A DNA stretch of 62,646 nucleotides, the filler included, from Stramenopiles sp. TOSAG23-2 (taxonomy: Eukaryota): assembly GCA_900128395.1 (NCBI GenBank). It is 6 parts of 6 records of this genome, joined end to end, with 100 filler letters (N's around TTAATTAATTAA, not from the genome) between each part and the next. Parts side by side here need not be neighbours in the genome. Positions count along the whole stretch, not along the records: positions 1 to 27,999 come from LT649409.1; positions 28,100 to 55,882 come from LT649410.1; 4 more parts are not named here. One strand, given 5' to 3'. Below are positions 21,632 through 34,640 of the stretch, one piece after another. A program made the position numbers and the translations under genes. The notes under the pieces are model-generated. The model ran no database searches. It was not told where the DNA came from and worked only from the letters and a program-made list of their open reading frames with translations. Position 1 is the first letter of the stretch, and every line of letters begins with the position of its first letter.

Positions 21632-24457
21632 ATGCCAAAAAAAATCGCGCCTCTTGTATCTCAATTTTGTCGTAGGAAACATAATGAAAATGAAAGCGAA
21701 GTTGTATATCCACAAATTATTTTTAAAAGCTCAGACTTATTGGAACAATTTGATTTAAGTGGGTATCCGACTATTAATATATCTTGTTCTGTATCACGAA
21801 ATGTAAAAGAATGTCGTGAACATGGTTATCATTGTGTATATTTGTCTAACAAACACTTGGAAGCGTTGTCTATTTTTGAAGGTGATTGGGTGTGTATTGT
21901 GGTTGGTAATCGTGAGAAAAAAAATATTATATCTTGCCACGTGGCGTCAGCACATCTTTTGCCAGGTGAACAAAAATTATCCAGTAACCAAATTGATGAT
22001 AATAATGATAATAAGGGTAATAATGATGATGACGATGGGAATGATGGTTGTTGCGTATCGAGTCAATTTGGTTTTTCATTGGCAAATGGCAACTACATTG
22101 GTACGTCATGCCCACCCGCTGTTGAAATAATTGCGTTGCCTATCTTTTCCGGGCCAAACTTTAAACATGACAAACATATCCATCCAGAATTATTACCAAA
22201 CCATATTGATATTACTCCCGCTGTTGTTCCGAAACCAACTTTAACAGATGGTGATAATGACAATAATACAGAAGATGATGATAGCAGAAAATTATTTTCA
22301 TTGAAAATTGCTGATAAATGCAAAGTTTCCCGTGTACGATCCCCGCTCTCGAATTCCAAAGTAGACTATACGCCATATTTACAAAAATATTTTTCTAAAA
22401 TTCGTGTATTGTCATTAAATGAAATTATTGAAGTGGATATAACAGAGGCAAAAAGTGCTAAGAAATTGATATATTTTCAAATAACCGAGTTGGTACCAGA
22501 TGTGGAAGTTGAAGATTGGGATGGTTTGAAATACAATGATGTGAATTTAAAATGTGCTACTACATGTTTAGTATCTGGTCACGATGGTAGAACAACATTA
22601 ATTGTTGAAGGTGCTACAAACTCGAGAATACCATGCCAAATCAATGCAAAAGATGCATTAGAACCATATAAATACAATGAAGAGCTGCGGGAAAAAATAT
22701 TAAATGTATTTTTGCCACAATTACATTACACCTCTAGACGCGAAACGCCATATGCATCAATATTAATAACGGGTGGACGTGGTAGTGGTAAAAGGCGTTT
22801 GGTTAATTCTGTGGGTGAACGTTTGGGATTACATGTATTTGAAGTAAATTGCAAACGTGAAATTCTGGAAGGTGCTAGTGATGTGGGTGGACGGAAAATG
22901 GCGAAAAAAATGATACAGACATTTACTAAAGCGTATGAAAATACACCATGTATTTTGCATGTAAGACGCTTCCGTGCGGTGGCGGCTGTACAAGGGCAGA
23001 CGAAAAATGAAGATACTTTATTGCAGTTTGTTACTTCTATCCGTGCTACTTTGGAGAAATTGCATGCTTCGTCATTATCTCCAAATGGACACCCTCTTTT
23101 ATTTGTTGCTACTTGCGAGGAAAGCGATGATGTGGAGGGTGCGGCAAGAGCTATTTTTACGCATGAATTTGCTATTAAACCACCAGAGGATGAAGTGCGA
23201 TTAGATTTATTAGAAACATATTTGAAACGTGTCAAATTAGAAGATGGTTTTGATATTAAAGGTTTGGTCCAGCGCACAGCTGGGCGCCAATGTACTGAAA
23301 TCAAAGGAATAATCGCAGAAGCTGGTAAACATGCATTTAAAAAAGTATGGGAGAGAAAAATAAGAAGTGAGAAAGAGATGAAAACGAATGGTAATAACGA
23401 CAAGAAATCGACGCTTTTAAAAGCAAAAGAAGAAATCGTATTAAGTAAAGATGATTTTGATCTTGCATTTAAATCCATGGATGTTGGTGGGTCTTCTCCA
23501 GGTGCTACGGCGTCGATACCAAATGTTAAATGGAAAGATGTGGGTGGTCTAGGTCAAGCAAAAGATGAAGTAATGGATATGATTACATTGCCATTGAAAC
23601 ACCCGGAATTATTTGCATCTGGTGTGCGGCAACGTTCTGGTGTTTTATTTTACGGACCACCTGGCACTGGAAAAACGTTATTAGCAAAAGCTGTTGCAAC
23701 TGAATGTAATTGTAACTTTATTAGTGTGAAAGGGCCGGAATTACTTAATATGTACATTGGAGAAAGTGAACGTAATGTACGTCAAGTATTTGAACGTGCA
23801 AGAGCAGCTAAACCATGTGTATTGTTTTTTGATGAGATCGATTCCCTAGCACCTGCTAGAGGTAAAGGATCGGATTCCGGTGGTGTTATGGATCGTGTTG
23901 TTAGTCAATTGCTAACAGAGATTGATGGTATGTCTGGCAGTGGTGGTGATTTATTTGTAATTGGGGCAACAAATCGACCAGACCTTTTAGATAGTAGTTT
24001 ATTGCGCCCAGGTCGTTTTGATCGCTTGTTATATTTAGGCATTGCACCTGATAATGATGCACAATTGAAAATTTTAAAAGCATTAACTCGTAAATTTACA
24101 TTAAAAGATGATGTACGTTTAGAAGATGTTATAAGTACATGTCCAACAAATTACACCGGAGCTGATTTTTATGCACTTGCATCTAATGCTTTATCCATGT
24201 CAATTAGAAGGCGTGCCAAAGAAATACAAGGTATCATTGATGGTATGAATAAAGATCTCCCATATTATGAAACGCCAACTAGCATACCAAAATATTTACA
24301 AAAATTATCAGAAGAAGATTTAGATGTAAAAGTTGGCATGGAAGACTTTATGGAAGCTAGAGAAGGTATTGTTGCTAGTGTTAGCCGTGAGGAAAATGAA
24401 AAATATTTAAAATTAAAAGAAGAATATAGTCCAAGTGAAGGAAAAGAAAAGAAGTAG
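21632..24457 (+). CDS. PEX6: Peroxisomal AAA+ ATPase PEX6
   Basis: Degenerate D1 (GGRGSGKR); D2 [60 protein letters not shown]. Confidence 0.93.
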   Translation: MPKKIAPLVSQFCRRKHNENESEVVYPQIIFKSSDLLEQFDLSGYPTINISCSVSRNVKECREHGYHCVYLSNKHLEALSIFEGDWVCIVVGNREKKNIISCHVASAHLLPGEQKLSSNQIDDNNDNKGNNDDDDGNDGCCVSSQFGFSLANGNYIGTSCPPAVEIIALPIFSGPNFKHDKHIHPELLPNHIDITPAVVPKPTLTDGDNDNNTEDDDSRKLFSLKIADKCKVSRVRSPLSNSKVDYTPYLQKYFSKIRVLSLNEIIEVDITEAKSAKKLIYFQITELVPDVEVEDWDGLKYNDVNLKCATTCLVSGHDGRTTLIVEGATNSRIPCQINAKDALEPYKYNEELREKILNVFLPQLHYTSRRETPYASILITGGRGSGKRRLVNSVGERLGLHVFEVNCKREILEGASDVGGRKMAKKMIQTFTKAYENTPCILHVRRFRAVAAVQGQTKNEDTLLQFVTSIRATLEKLHASSLSPNGHPLLFVATCEESDDVEGAARAIFTHEFAIKPPEDEVRLDLLETYLKRVKLEDGFDIKGLVQRTAGRQCTEIKGIIAEAGKHAFKKVWERKIRSEKEMKTNGNNDKKSTLLKAKEEIVLSKDDFDLAFKSMDVGGSSPGATASIPNVKWKDVGGLGQAKDEVMDMITLPLKHPELFASGVRQRSGVLFYGPPGTGKTLLAKAVATECNCNFISVKGPELLNMYIGESERNVRQVFERARAAKPCVLFFDEIDSLAPARGKGSDSGGVMDRVVSQLLTEIDGMSGSGGDLFVIGATNRPDLLDSSLLRPGRFDRLLYLGIAPDNDAQLKILKALTRKFTLKDDVRLEDVISTCPTNYTGADFYALASNALSMSIRRRAKEIQGIIDGMNKDLPYYETPTSIPKYLQKLSEEDLDVKVGMEDFMEAREGIVASVSREENEKYLKLKEEYSPSEGKEKK

Positions 24458-24734
24458 AAAAAGAATCTTTGTGTTTGTGTGTGTGTGTTTGTGGGATATA
24501 TCATTTAAATATATATATATATAGCATCATTAAATATTAATTATATAAAGATTTTAACCATTATTATAACTTTAGATTTTAACCATCATTAAAAGAAGTA
24601 GAAAAAGAATCTTTGTGTTTGTGTGTGTGTGTTTGTGGGATATATCATTTAAATATATATATATATAGCATCATTAAATATTAATTATATAAAGATTTTA
24701 ACCATTATTATAACTTTAGATTTTAACCATCATT
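24447..24734. repeat. Perfect tandem duplication, 144-bp unit
   Basis: AAAAGAAGTAG.. at 24447 and 24591. Confidence 0.95.
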
Positions 24735-24950
24735 TTATAAAATAAAAAATATTTTTGGAACATTTCATTATCGATCTGTCTATCATAAAGAAAAACACCT
24801 TTTTCTTTCTCTGTCGGGTACAAAAATGCATGAGCCACAAATATCACATATGATATATAATATAGATTTTAACCATCATATATATAATATATTTTAAATA
24901 TATATACATATATGCATATTGCATTAGTAGATACATTCCAAAATTTCGTC

Positions 24951-25196
24951 TTCTTTCTTTTTTTTTTTCTCTTGTTTTAACTTATTTTTATCAAAAAAAA
25001 AGTGCAAAACGTAAAAAATTATTTAAAACATGTATCATTAAGAAACATATTCATAAATTAATTCACACCTTATTTCTTTCTTTTTTTTTTTCTCTTGTTT
25101 TAACTTATTTTTATCAAAAAAAAAGTGCAAAACGTAAAAAATTATTTAAAACATGTATCATTAAGAAACATATTCATAAATTAATTCACACCTTAT
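24951..25196. repeat. Perfect tandem duplication, 123-bp unit
   Basis: TTCTTTC(T)nCTCTTG.. at 24951 and 25074. Confidence 0.93.
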
Positions 25197-27999
25197 GCAT
25201 CTTTTTCATCATCTTTTTTTTCTTCGTCTGGTTTGCTAACTTCCTCTGATTTCACAGGATTTTCAACCATTTCAATATCACCACCATCAACACCTTCGCT
25301 TTCATTCAACGCATCTTCAATTGCTTTAATTTTGTCTGCATTAGCTTCTTGTCTCTTGATCATATCTTGTTCTTTTGCTTTGTAAAAGGCATCAATTCTT
25401 CCTTGCCAAAAGTATGTAAATGCAAACAATACGACAAGGATGATAGCACCAATGATCACACCTCTTGGCTCCCAATCTTGAACAACACCATATTCGTTAA
25501 TTTGCAATGCTTTCAATTGTGGTGCAATTACAAGTGAAATAACACTCATCAACTTAATCAAAATATTTAAAGCAGGGCCGCTGGTATCTTTGAATGGATC
25601 GCCAACTGTATCACCAGTAACAGTTGCACTATGTTTGTCAGTACCTTTTTTTTCTGTTTTTTCCACGAATTTTTTAGCATTATCCCATGCACCACCAGCA
25701 TTGGACATTGTTACAGCAAGCATAAATCCAGAGGACAATGCGCCAACTAACATACCAGCAAGACCTTTTGAAGTCAATAAGAAACCGATTGCAATTGGCA
25801 TGAATACAGCCATGCATCCAGGAATTAACATCTCATAGATTGAAGCATCTGTTGAAATCTTAATGCATTCTTTGTAATCTGGCAAGAATTCAATTGCATT
25901 TGAATCATCCTTTTCACAAATCTCACCGTATAATTGTTTGCCATTTGCATCTTTACCTTTATCAACCTTGTACATTTGTCCTTTTAAATATTTTTTTTGT
26001 TTCAATTCAGGTGTTTCAGCAAATTGCGCGCGTACTTCATAAATCATAGCTTCTGCGGCACGGCCAACACTAAGCATGGTAATAGCAGCAAAAATAAATG
26101 GCAAAGATGCACCAATAAGTATACCGGATAAAACTAATGGTTCACGAATATTGATACCGGTTTTTGGTACACCAGCAGCATCCATAAATGCAGCGATCAA
26201 ACCAGCAGCGGTAAGGACAGCACTGCCAATTGCAAAACCTTTACCAGTTGCAGCGGTAGTATTACCCATAGCATCAAGTGCATCTGTGTTGTCGCGTACC
26301 TCTTCGCTTAAATAATCTGGATCCTCTGGATCTGGATGAACGTCTGAAACCATTTCTGCAATACCACCAGCATTATCAGCAACTGGACCATATGCATCAG
26401 TTGCTAATGTAATTCCTAAGGTTGATAACATACCAACAGCTGCGATAGAAATACCATATAAACCAACAAGTGCATTACATGCACAGATGGCGATAACGAT
26501 GATAAAGGTTGGAACAGCGGTACCGATCATACCAACACCTAAACCTTGAATGATAACAGTTGCTGGGCCAGTTTCTCCTTTCTTTGCAATACCTTGTGTT
26601 GGGGCTTCAGTGTATGATGTACAATATTCAGTGAACATACCAATGAAAATACCGGAAAGTAAGCCAATGATAATACATCCGAAAATTTTCCATCCAATTA
26701 CTGTATCACTACTAAACAATAGAGAACAGAAAATTGCAGCAATAATAAATATTCAGTGAACATACCAATGAAAATACCGGAAAGTAAGCCAATGATAATA
26801 CATCCGAAAATTTTCCATCCAATTACTGTATCACTACTAAACAATAGAGAACAGAAAATTGCAGCAATAATAATAACAAGTAATGATGCTCCTCTGATAC
26901 CGGAATTAATAGAAGATAATAAAGCATTTAAAGTTTCGTTAGCTGCTGCGAATTTTTCTTCACTTGTAGCATCCTCGGCAACTTCCTTAACCTTAGTGTC
27001 AGTTTTAACTAGGAAAGTACCGGCTATCGAGCAAAGAATACCAAATCCAGAGATCCAAAATGGAAGTGCGATGGCACTTCTTTGGAGTTCGAACGTTCCG
27101 GTTTCTTTATTGAATTGTTGTGTTGCTAGTGTGCATGCAGCAATGAGCTATCGAGCAAAGAATACCAAATCCAGAGATCCAAAATGGAAGTGCGATGGCA
27201 CTTCTTTGGAGTTCGAACGTTCCGGTTTCTTTATTGAATTGTTGTGTTGCTAGTGTGCATGCAGCAATGATGGAACCAACGTATGATTCGAATAAATCAG
27301 CACCCATACCAGCAACGTCACCAACATTATCACCAACGTTATCAGCAATAACTGCTGCGTTATTTGGGTGATCTTCTGGTACATCTGCTTCTACTTTACC
27401 AACTAGGTCAGCACCTACATCAGCAGCTTTAGTGTAGATACCACCACCTACACGTGCGAATAAAGCAATACATGAAGCACCGAAACCAAAACCGGAAAGA
27501 TATTGCCATACATCTGGTTCAAGTGGAGAGTCTAATGCACCACGGAAGACAAGGTACATAATAGATAAGCCAGTAATACCAAAGCCAGTGACAGAGAATC
27601 CCATAACAGCTCCTGATTTGAACGCCATACGTAGACCTTCATTAATATTTTTATTTGCAGCTTCAACGGTAACAGTGTTTGATAACGTTGCAACATCCAT
27701 ACCAAACCATCCGGTATATGCACTTAATCCAGCACCGAATAGCAATGGCAATGCAGTCAATAAGCCGAACTCATTTACTGGCTTACCTAGTGAATTTTTT
27801 GAGCCAATCAATAAACATGATACAGCTACAAATATAAAAGTCACGAATACTAAAAGCCACTTGTATTCAGCAGTTAAAAAATCTTTTGCACCTTGATTAA
27901 TAATAACTCCTAATTTCTTTACCGCCTCGTTCGCCACTTTGTAGTTTCTAATTTGATTGTATGTGACAACAACAAACATAAGTCCTACGATCCCGCAAA
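25193..27999 (-). CDS. Membrane-integral cation-pumping pyrophosphatase, K+-dependent type; 5'-truncated and split by two duplications
   Basis: [95 protein letters not shown]; frame stays open to the contig end at 27999. Confidence 0.95.
26623..26873. repeat. Perfect tandem duplication, 125-bp unit (frameshifts the PPase)
   Basis: AATATTCAGTG.. at 26623 and 26748. Confidence 0.95.
27023..27270. repeat. Perfect tandem duplication, 124-bp unit (frameshifts the PPase)
   Basis: GCTATCGAGC.. at 27023 and 27147. Confidence 0.95.
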
Positions 28000-28099
28000 N
28001 NNNNNNNNNNNNNNNNNNNNNNNNNNNNNNNNNNNNNNNNNNNTTAATTAATTAANNNNNNNNNNNNNNNNNNNNNNNNNNNNNNNNNNNNNNNNNNNN
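28000..28099. other. Artificial contig spacer
   Basis: N44-TTAATTAATTAA-N44 with stops in all six frames. Confidence 0.97.
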
Positions 28100-28478
28100 G
28101 TAATACACGGAAAATAATTGTTGCGCAATAATTGTTGCATTTGACGTAGTTTATAAGGGTATAAAAATAATAATGGTAAACCAGTGCTATATTATTAATA
28201 TTCTTATACCAGTAGGGGGATACTTTTGTATTTTTTTGTTTTTTAAAAATACGAAAAAGTAAAATGTAAAAGTAGAAAAAACAAAAGAGCAGTTCTTGAT
28301 ATCGCTTATATTCATTCAAATTTACGTAGTTTGCACTGAAAAGCATTAACCGGTTTCAGAATATTGCAGTTTAGGCCAAAAGTTATATGCATAGAACGAT
28401 AATATTATAATTTTTATTTTATTTCTGTAATTTACATTTTAATTTATTTTAGAAAAAATCTGTAATAATTGTCTAGTA

Positions 28479-28721
28479 ATGATAAATAATATGAATAATA
28501 GTGATGGGGTTGAACAGTATCCAGAATTTGCTTGCTATTATTACAATGAAAGGGATCCGCGTGGCTGTGTTTGTGGCAGAGATAAAACGCAATGTGGTAA
28601 GAAAGCATGCGTGGCAAATTTAGCAACCATGCAAGGCAAATTTTTTTGTAGTATGTATATTTTACTTGTAATAGGAGTAATTGTGTTTGGGTTAATTCGA
28701 AACGGTTTAGGGAAGAAATAA
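28479..28721 (+). CDS. Possible small Cys-rich protein with a C-terminal TM helix
   Basis: 80-aa ORF richer in GC than its flanks; six Cys, then MYILLVIGVIVFGLI and a basic tail. Confidence 0.35.
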   Translation: MINNMNNSDGVEQYPEFACYYYNERDPRGCVCGRDKTQCGKKACVANLATMQGKFFCSMYILLVIGVIVFGLIRNGLGKK

Positions 28722-28856
28722 CACGGGAAGTACCCTTGGTGAATTTTAACTCTATTAATACGTGTATCTTTTTTCTTTCTTCTGTAAAAACCAAAAATGC
28801 TGTGTGTGCTGCCTGTAAAAATGTAATCGTGATTTAATTAAATATATCATATAAAA

Positions 28857-29004
28857 TATGCACAAAATAAACATTGTTTTTAAATCTTCCCAGCTTCGCA
28901 GCTTCCCTTTTAATAATTTCAACTTGAATAGTTTTACTTTGTCAAGTACTCTTTTACTCTTTTTAATTTTGCTTTCTCCTCCGTTGTTTTACGTTTACGG
29001 ACAG
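28857..29004 (-). pseudogene. Decayed copy of the 3' end of the neighbouring PDI-like gene
   Basis: Aligns to 29243-29364 (shares TTTAATTTTGCTTTCTCCTCCGTTGTTTTACGTTTACGGACAG) with substitutions and short insertions. Confidence 0.7.
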
Positions 29005-29262
29005 TTTTACTCTTTTTTCTTTTTAATAAATATTATATTTCATATTATATGCATAACACTGAGATGGATGCAATATATTGTGTATTTTCTCTCTCTATTA
29101 TTGAAATCATACTGATTATTATATTCAATAAAACCATTGCCATATTACAATTAATATCAGTATCATAAAAATAACGCGAATTACGAGAACGTTCCATCAG
29201 TATCACGGCATTGTTGGGATAATATATATGATGCATGTACTGTATGCAAAATAAACATGTTT

Positions 29263-30477
29263 TTAAATCTTTCCAGCTTCCCTTAATAATTTTAACAATG
29301 GTTTGACTTTGTCAAATACTTTTAATTTTGCTTTCTCCTCCGTTGTTTTACGTTTACGGACAGCTTGTCTCATTTTTTGTACATTTTTCAAAGACATAAT
29401 ATTATATTCCATAGCATATTCAATCATTTGCTCCAAATCCAACGTTGAAACATCAACTTCCGCTGCTGTATTTGTTTCGCCCGATGAAGATACTTCGACG
29501 GTTTCTTTTTTATTATTACTGCTTTTTAATGCATGAGCACCACCATTTTTTAAAGATTCTAATGCTTTTTCAACACCATTATCATATGGGATATCCTCAC
29601 CACTATCTTTTTTCCAAACAGCTGACCGTTTAGCCTTTCCCCAATTGATGACAGATTCTGCACCACCAAGACCAGCCATATCTTCTACTTTGTCCCCCAT
29701 GTAAAAACTGGTTACCCATGGATATCCAGTAATCCCATGTCTCTCCGCAAGGTCATGATATATACGTGAGTTCACACCACCAAATCGAATTGAATCAGGA
29801 AATTCTTTTTTTAATGCTTTTGCAGCCTTTTCAATTTCTGGTGCTAAACTTTTACAAAATGGGCAACGATCGGAATAAAATTCCACAATCCATAATACAT
29901 TATTCTCCTTGCTCTTGGACAAAACTGTCTCGTTGAAAAATTCAGGTTCCAAATCAATCATTAATTTTGGATCATAATGCGGTTCCTTTTTGTACAGACC
30001 TGGACGTTGCTTTTCCTCCTCTTTACGAGGATCTAAACCTTTCGCCAAAGCGCTCATATAAAATACGATATCTTCCGGTTCCCTACCGCCACGATAAAAT
30101 TCATGTTCGCCATCTTGAAAAACTAGCAATGCAGGGTATGCACTGTAATTGTACATCTCTGGCGAACCGGCTCTTAACCGCCTGTTGTATTCATCACCAT
30201 CATTGTACTTTGCCAATACAACTGGGGTTGGTAAATCCATTTCTTGTAATAGTTTCGCAGCTTCACGATAATGTGGAGCTAGTTCTTGACAATGCGTACA
30301 CCAAGGTGCATAAAATTCCATTAAAATTAATGGATGGCGTTCAAGGAAACGATAGTAATTGTCGTATGACAATACATGAACTTTGGAATCATTGGGCTCT
30401 GGAATACTTTGCTCAGCACCTAATGCATTGCTTGCAATGGCTAATAATAATATTACAACAGTGATTTGTTTTATCAT
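29263..30477 (-). CDS. Protein disulfide isomerase-like protein with two thioredoxin domains
   Basis: Signal peptide MIKQITVVILLLAIASNALG; EFYAPWCTHC and EFYSDRCPFC; ITGYP cis-Pro loop; no KDEL-type end. Confidence 0.88.
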   Translation of the reverse strand: MIKQITVVILLLAIASNALGAEQSIPEPNDSKVHVLSYDNYYRFLERHPLILMEFYAPWCTHCQELAPHYREAAKLLQEMDLPTPVVLAKYNDGDEYNRRLRAGSPEMYNYSAYPALLVFQDGEHEFYRGGREPEDIVFYMSALAKGLDPRKEEEKQRPGLYKKEPHYDPKLMIDLEPEFFNETVLSKSKENNVLWIVEFYSDRCPFCKSLAPEIEKAAKALKKEFPDSIRFGGVNSRIYHDLAERHGITGYPWVTSFYMGDKVEDMAGLGGAESVINWGKAKRSAVWKKDSGEDIPYDNGVEKALESLKNGGAHALKSSNNKKETVEVSSSGETNTAAEVDVSTLDLEQMIEYAMEYNIMSLKNVQKMRQAVRKRKTTEEKAKLKVFDKVKPLLKLLREAGKI

Positions 30478-30890
30478 TGGTTTATTACTCTTATAATATA
30501 CTTTATATATTATTTCCCCAGAAAAAATCTTAAAAATCAATAAATAATAAATAAATCTTATTAAAGATGTTCAATCTTGAATATTTTTTTATATATATAT
30601 ATATATATACCTTAGAAATTGTAAACTTCTAAGAAAAATAAATAAATTCGATATAACTATGAAAACTTCTTGTTGTTTTGCTTCTGTTTATTTGGGATAG
30701 ATGTAGATATCCACAGAAGATGAGAAACTATTCTATAGGTATTATTAATTTTATTATTATAATTAGAATAATAATAGTAGGTTAGGTTTTGTTGTTTGTG
30801 TTTTATTAATTTAGTAGGTTGTGTGCCAGATTGATATAGCAGGGAAATATGATTGAAGACACGTGTCAAATCAAAAAGCTAAAATCAAAG

Positions 30891-30940
30891 AATACCAGGC
30901 CCGGCAGGTAGAGAATGCCAGCCAGCGGGCCAGGAATGAT
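30891..30940. promoter_or_regulatory. Second copy of the GGAATGCC/CCAGG element
   Basis: GAATGCCAGCCAGCGGGCCAGGAATG between divergent PDI and kinesin genes; nearly identical to 44802-44824. Confidence 0.45.
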
Positions 30941-31191
30941 GTGAGAATATCACCCATCACCCAGCCTATATATATTAATAGTCTAGTACAGGTACTGTTT
31001 TCAACAAATTAAAAAAATGCACATCAAATCAGAGACGAGGATCAAATCAAAAAAAATTAGAAAAACGTTATTATATTATTATTTTAGTTATATCGAGATA
31101 TAAATATTTTAACAATAATCACATGTATATTCAATATAACATAATATATATATTTATATATATATATATTATAACATAAAGCAAGATAACA

Positions 31192-33388
31192 ATGCACGCA
31201 TACACACGCACACCACCACCAACAACAACCATGACGACAAGAGTAACAAATAATAATAATAATGACCAAGATACACCGTCAGATTTAATTGATGCACCGA
31301 GAAATATTGAAGCAAGAAACGCACAAGAGCAGTTATGGGCAGAAACAAACGTTGATGCAAGGCAACAACTACATATGCGAGAGGCTGCATTAAGATATAA
31401 AGGCAGATTTCAATTGGCAATGAGATGGTACAATACGATAAAAAGTGTTATTAGTTGCACTGAAAATTCATTGTTTTATTGTTTGCATCCTGGCTTAATT
31501 GAGCTAGTGGTTAGTTTTGCTTTTCCACAACATGAAGGTCTTGTATTTCCTTTACACCAGCATCAGCAAATCCTATATAAACATTTTAATGTTAATAAAG
31601 AATTAAATTTGAAAAATATTACAACGATTACAAACACACCAAAAACAATTACAGAAGAAGATAACAACAACAGTAAAAAAACAACCAATGGAATTTTTAC
31701 AAAAGAACAAAAGGAACCAGAAAAGAAAAAAAATCAATCTTGGAAAAGAATGCCATTCAAAATATTTGTTAGACCAAGACCATTATTACAATTTGAAAAA
31801 GAATCAGATGAATATAAAGTTATTAGTACAGATGAAAAATTGAAAAATACTAATGTCATACAATTACATGATGGAAGAATGGACCGTAAGTATATGTATA
31901 TGTTTAACAAAATTAATGCTTTTATAAAAACTGGCTTTATATCTAACAATACATACTACTACAATATATATATATATAGGAACTGGTCGTAGGCTTAATA
32001 TGAGGCATTTTCAATTTTCATTTGATAAAGTATTTCCTGCACATTCAACAACCAACACGGTTTGTGATGAAACAATTGCAAAACTATTTGACCATGCATC
32101 TATTAAGAAAAAGAATGCTACATTAATATTTTATGGGCAAACTGGTACTGGTAAAACATATACTATGAATGGTTGTATTAAATGGCTATGCGAAAAAATA
32201 TATCAATATAATAATACATGTAGTAATAATAATAATAAGAAGAAGAATACCAGTGAAAAGGAAGAAGAAAAGTCGGAGGAAGAAGAAAGTCAACAAAGAA
32301 ATAATGTTGTAATTATGCCAACCGTGAATTTTTTTGAAGTACATGGATCAAAAGCATATGATTTATTACAAGATCGTAAAATTATTAAATTATTAAGTGA
32401 TCGTGAAGGAAAAGTACATCCACGGGGTAGTAAAACCATACGCTTAGATAATGCTGCAGAGGATAAAAATGAAATGGTGAGAGTATTAGAAGAGGCTTTG
32501 AAATTACGATCGATTGAGGTAACAGAAAGAAATCCTATATCATCTCGTTCGCATGCTATATTAACTATAAAATTGAATGACGATATGGGATCAATAAGAT
32601 TAGTTGATCTAGCTGGTTCGGAAAGAAATTACGAAACAGTCAAAATGACACCAAAAATGCATAGGGAATCAGCTGATATTAATAAATCGTTGTTTGCTTT
32701 AAAGGATTGTTTTCGTGCATATAATACATTAAGCAAAGGGTTAACAAGGGCAGAATATCAAATCAAAGTCCCATTAATGTCATCAGTAAATATTAAACAA
32801 AAAGAAAGACAAACCGTTTTGGATGTTAAAGGGAAGAAAATGATGTCTGCAAAAGTACGTTTGAATTACAGAGCTCATATATTGACACGATGTTTACGTG
32901 AATGTTTTTCTGAGAAAGATCACATAACACATGTTGTTGCATGTTTGTCTCCAACAAGTACAGATATTGAACATAGTTTAAATACATTGAATCATGTAAG
33001 TCTAATGAATAAAGATTTTGAACAAATGAAATTTGTTGTTTCTGTATCTATCTTGATGTATGATGCTGTGGTAAAATCAAATAAATCAATGTTTCAATGG
33101 ACACCTGATGATGTTCAAAGATGGATAACAACAGTTGATGGTGGTATGTATTCACATGTTGTTTTACCACCTGGATTAGATGGCCGTATGTTAATGTCGA
33201 TGGGCCAGCAAAGATTATCAAATTTATTTACAAATTATGAGCGTGAAGCGAGGGGAAATAATGAAGGTGTTGCTTGGGCTGAAGATGCATTTATTGATGA
33301 CTCCCATATTAGCAGAAGATTATGGGAAACTATTCGCCGGGAAATGACCGAAGAATTCGATGGTAAAATGGACAGTTTGCAACAATGA
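31192..33388 (+). CDS. Kinesin motor protein (kinesin-13-like internal motor) with a C-terminal SAM-like domain; 2 exons
   Basis: KIFVRPRPL, FSFDKVF, GQTGTGKTYTM, SSRSHA, LVDLAGSER; intron 31886-31979 joins MD-R-TGRRLNM in frame. Confidence 0.88.
31886..31979 (+). other. Spliceosomal intron (94 nt)
   Basis: GTAAGT donor, CTAAC branch-like site near 31943, TAG acceptor; restores the kinesin frame. Confidence 0.85.
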
Positions 33389-33508
33389 GATATGTTAAGA
33401 AATGTACTTCGGTACGTACAATTTAATTTAATATATAATATGATATGATGCATTAATTTATATATACGAATTTTAAATTTTCACACAATAATAAATTCAA
33501 TAAAGCAA

Positions 33509-34291
33509 TTAATTCTTCTTTTTTATTTTCTGCTTCTTTTCCTTCTTCTTATTATCTATATTATTACCTTCATTGGATTCTTCAACTGGTAATTTTCGTT
33601 TCCCCAATGTTATATCATCAACTAAATATTCAGATGGAATTGCAAACTCTGTATTATCAATTATTATATATTTCTCATCAGTTTCTTTGAAGGTAACTTT
33701 ACCCCATCCATCCCCACCAATTCTAGTTTGGTATGTGATTTTGCTGATGATACTACTACTATCATCATCATCTTCATCTTTGCTACTAATTTCAAAAAGA
33801 TGGATTTCAAATGAATAATTTCCATTTATTCTTTCGCAGTACGTTGCAGCCATTTGAGTTTCCTTTGAATTTAGTGTCATTGCCACAACTTCCCAGTTAC
33901 CAACCTCTTTAATTGGATATGCTTTTATCTTGACTACATCTATAGTCCATAACCCAAAATTTTCACTGGCTGGCTCTGTGTAATCTGTCACTCCAACATA
34001 GATTTGTTTTTTTATAATTTGAAATTGATTAATTTTTCGCTTATTTCCAAGTAAATGAGCTTTCTGCATACCAGTTTTCGTATCTATCACAAATATACCA
34101 CAATCTGTACCAACAAACGCAAGATCTGGCCCGTCTTTATTAAAATCTGTTACATGAATCACTTCAATGGCTTCAATGGGCTCATCCGTTTTTTCCACTG
34201 GCTTTAGCGTCACTTCGGTTTCCTTTGCTTCTTCATTTTTATATACAATTTTATCGCCATAGTTTTGAATTTCAAGTCTCCTAGCCATCAA
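33509..34291 (-). CDS. Hypothetical beta-rich protein (partial beta-propeller-like) with a basic C-tail
   Basis: 260-aa ORF; repeated short beta-strand patterns; KKKEKKQKIKKK tail. Confidence 0.65.
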   Translation of the reverse strand: MMARRLEIQNYGDKIVYKNEEAKETEVTLKPVEKTDEPIEAIEVIHVTDFNKDGPDLAFVGTDCGIFVIDTKTGMQKAHLLGNKRKINQFQIIKKQIYVGVTDYTEPASENFGLWTIDVVKIKAYPIKEVGNWEVVAMTLNSKETQMAATYCERINGNYSFEIHLFEISSKDEDDDDSSSIISKITYQTRIGGDGWGKVTFKETDEKYIIIDNTEFAIPSEYLVDDITLGKRKLPVEESNEGNNIDNKKKEKKQKIKKKN

Positions 34292-34640
34292 CCTCTACGT
34301 TCTTCAATAATTTATACGTGATATATCTCTATATAATCTAGAGATTATATTTTATAATATCTAATTTGTTAATTTTTCTGGTCTAATCTTTTATTTTTGC
34401 TGTCTATATATATATATATAAATTGTATAATATTAGAATGATACTGATGTAAATATTTAATTAAAAATGATGTGTATAATATATAATACAGGTACGACAA
34501 AAGTAGTATTAAAAATTTTCTCTTACTCATGTGCTCATGTAATATATAAATTTCTTTTACTCCCGGAAATTAACATCTCAAATCAAAAATGATAATCATA
34601 TATATATTTAATTAAATATCATACATACAATGTATATATA

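Noticed and set aside
22760..23000. Degenerate Walker motifs in the first PEX6 AAA domain
   Set aside because: An inactive D1 ring is normal for PEX1/PEX6
28044..28055. TTAATTAATTAA palindrome as a biological site
   Set aside because: Embedded in identical N44 padding five times; a six-frame stop linker
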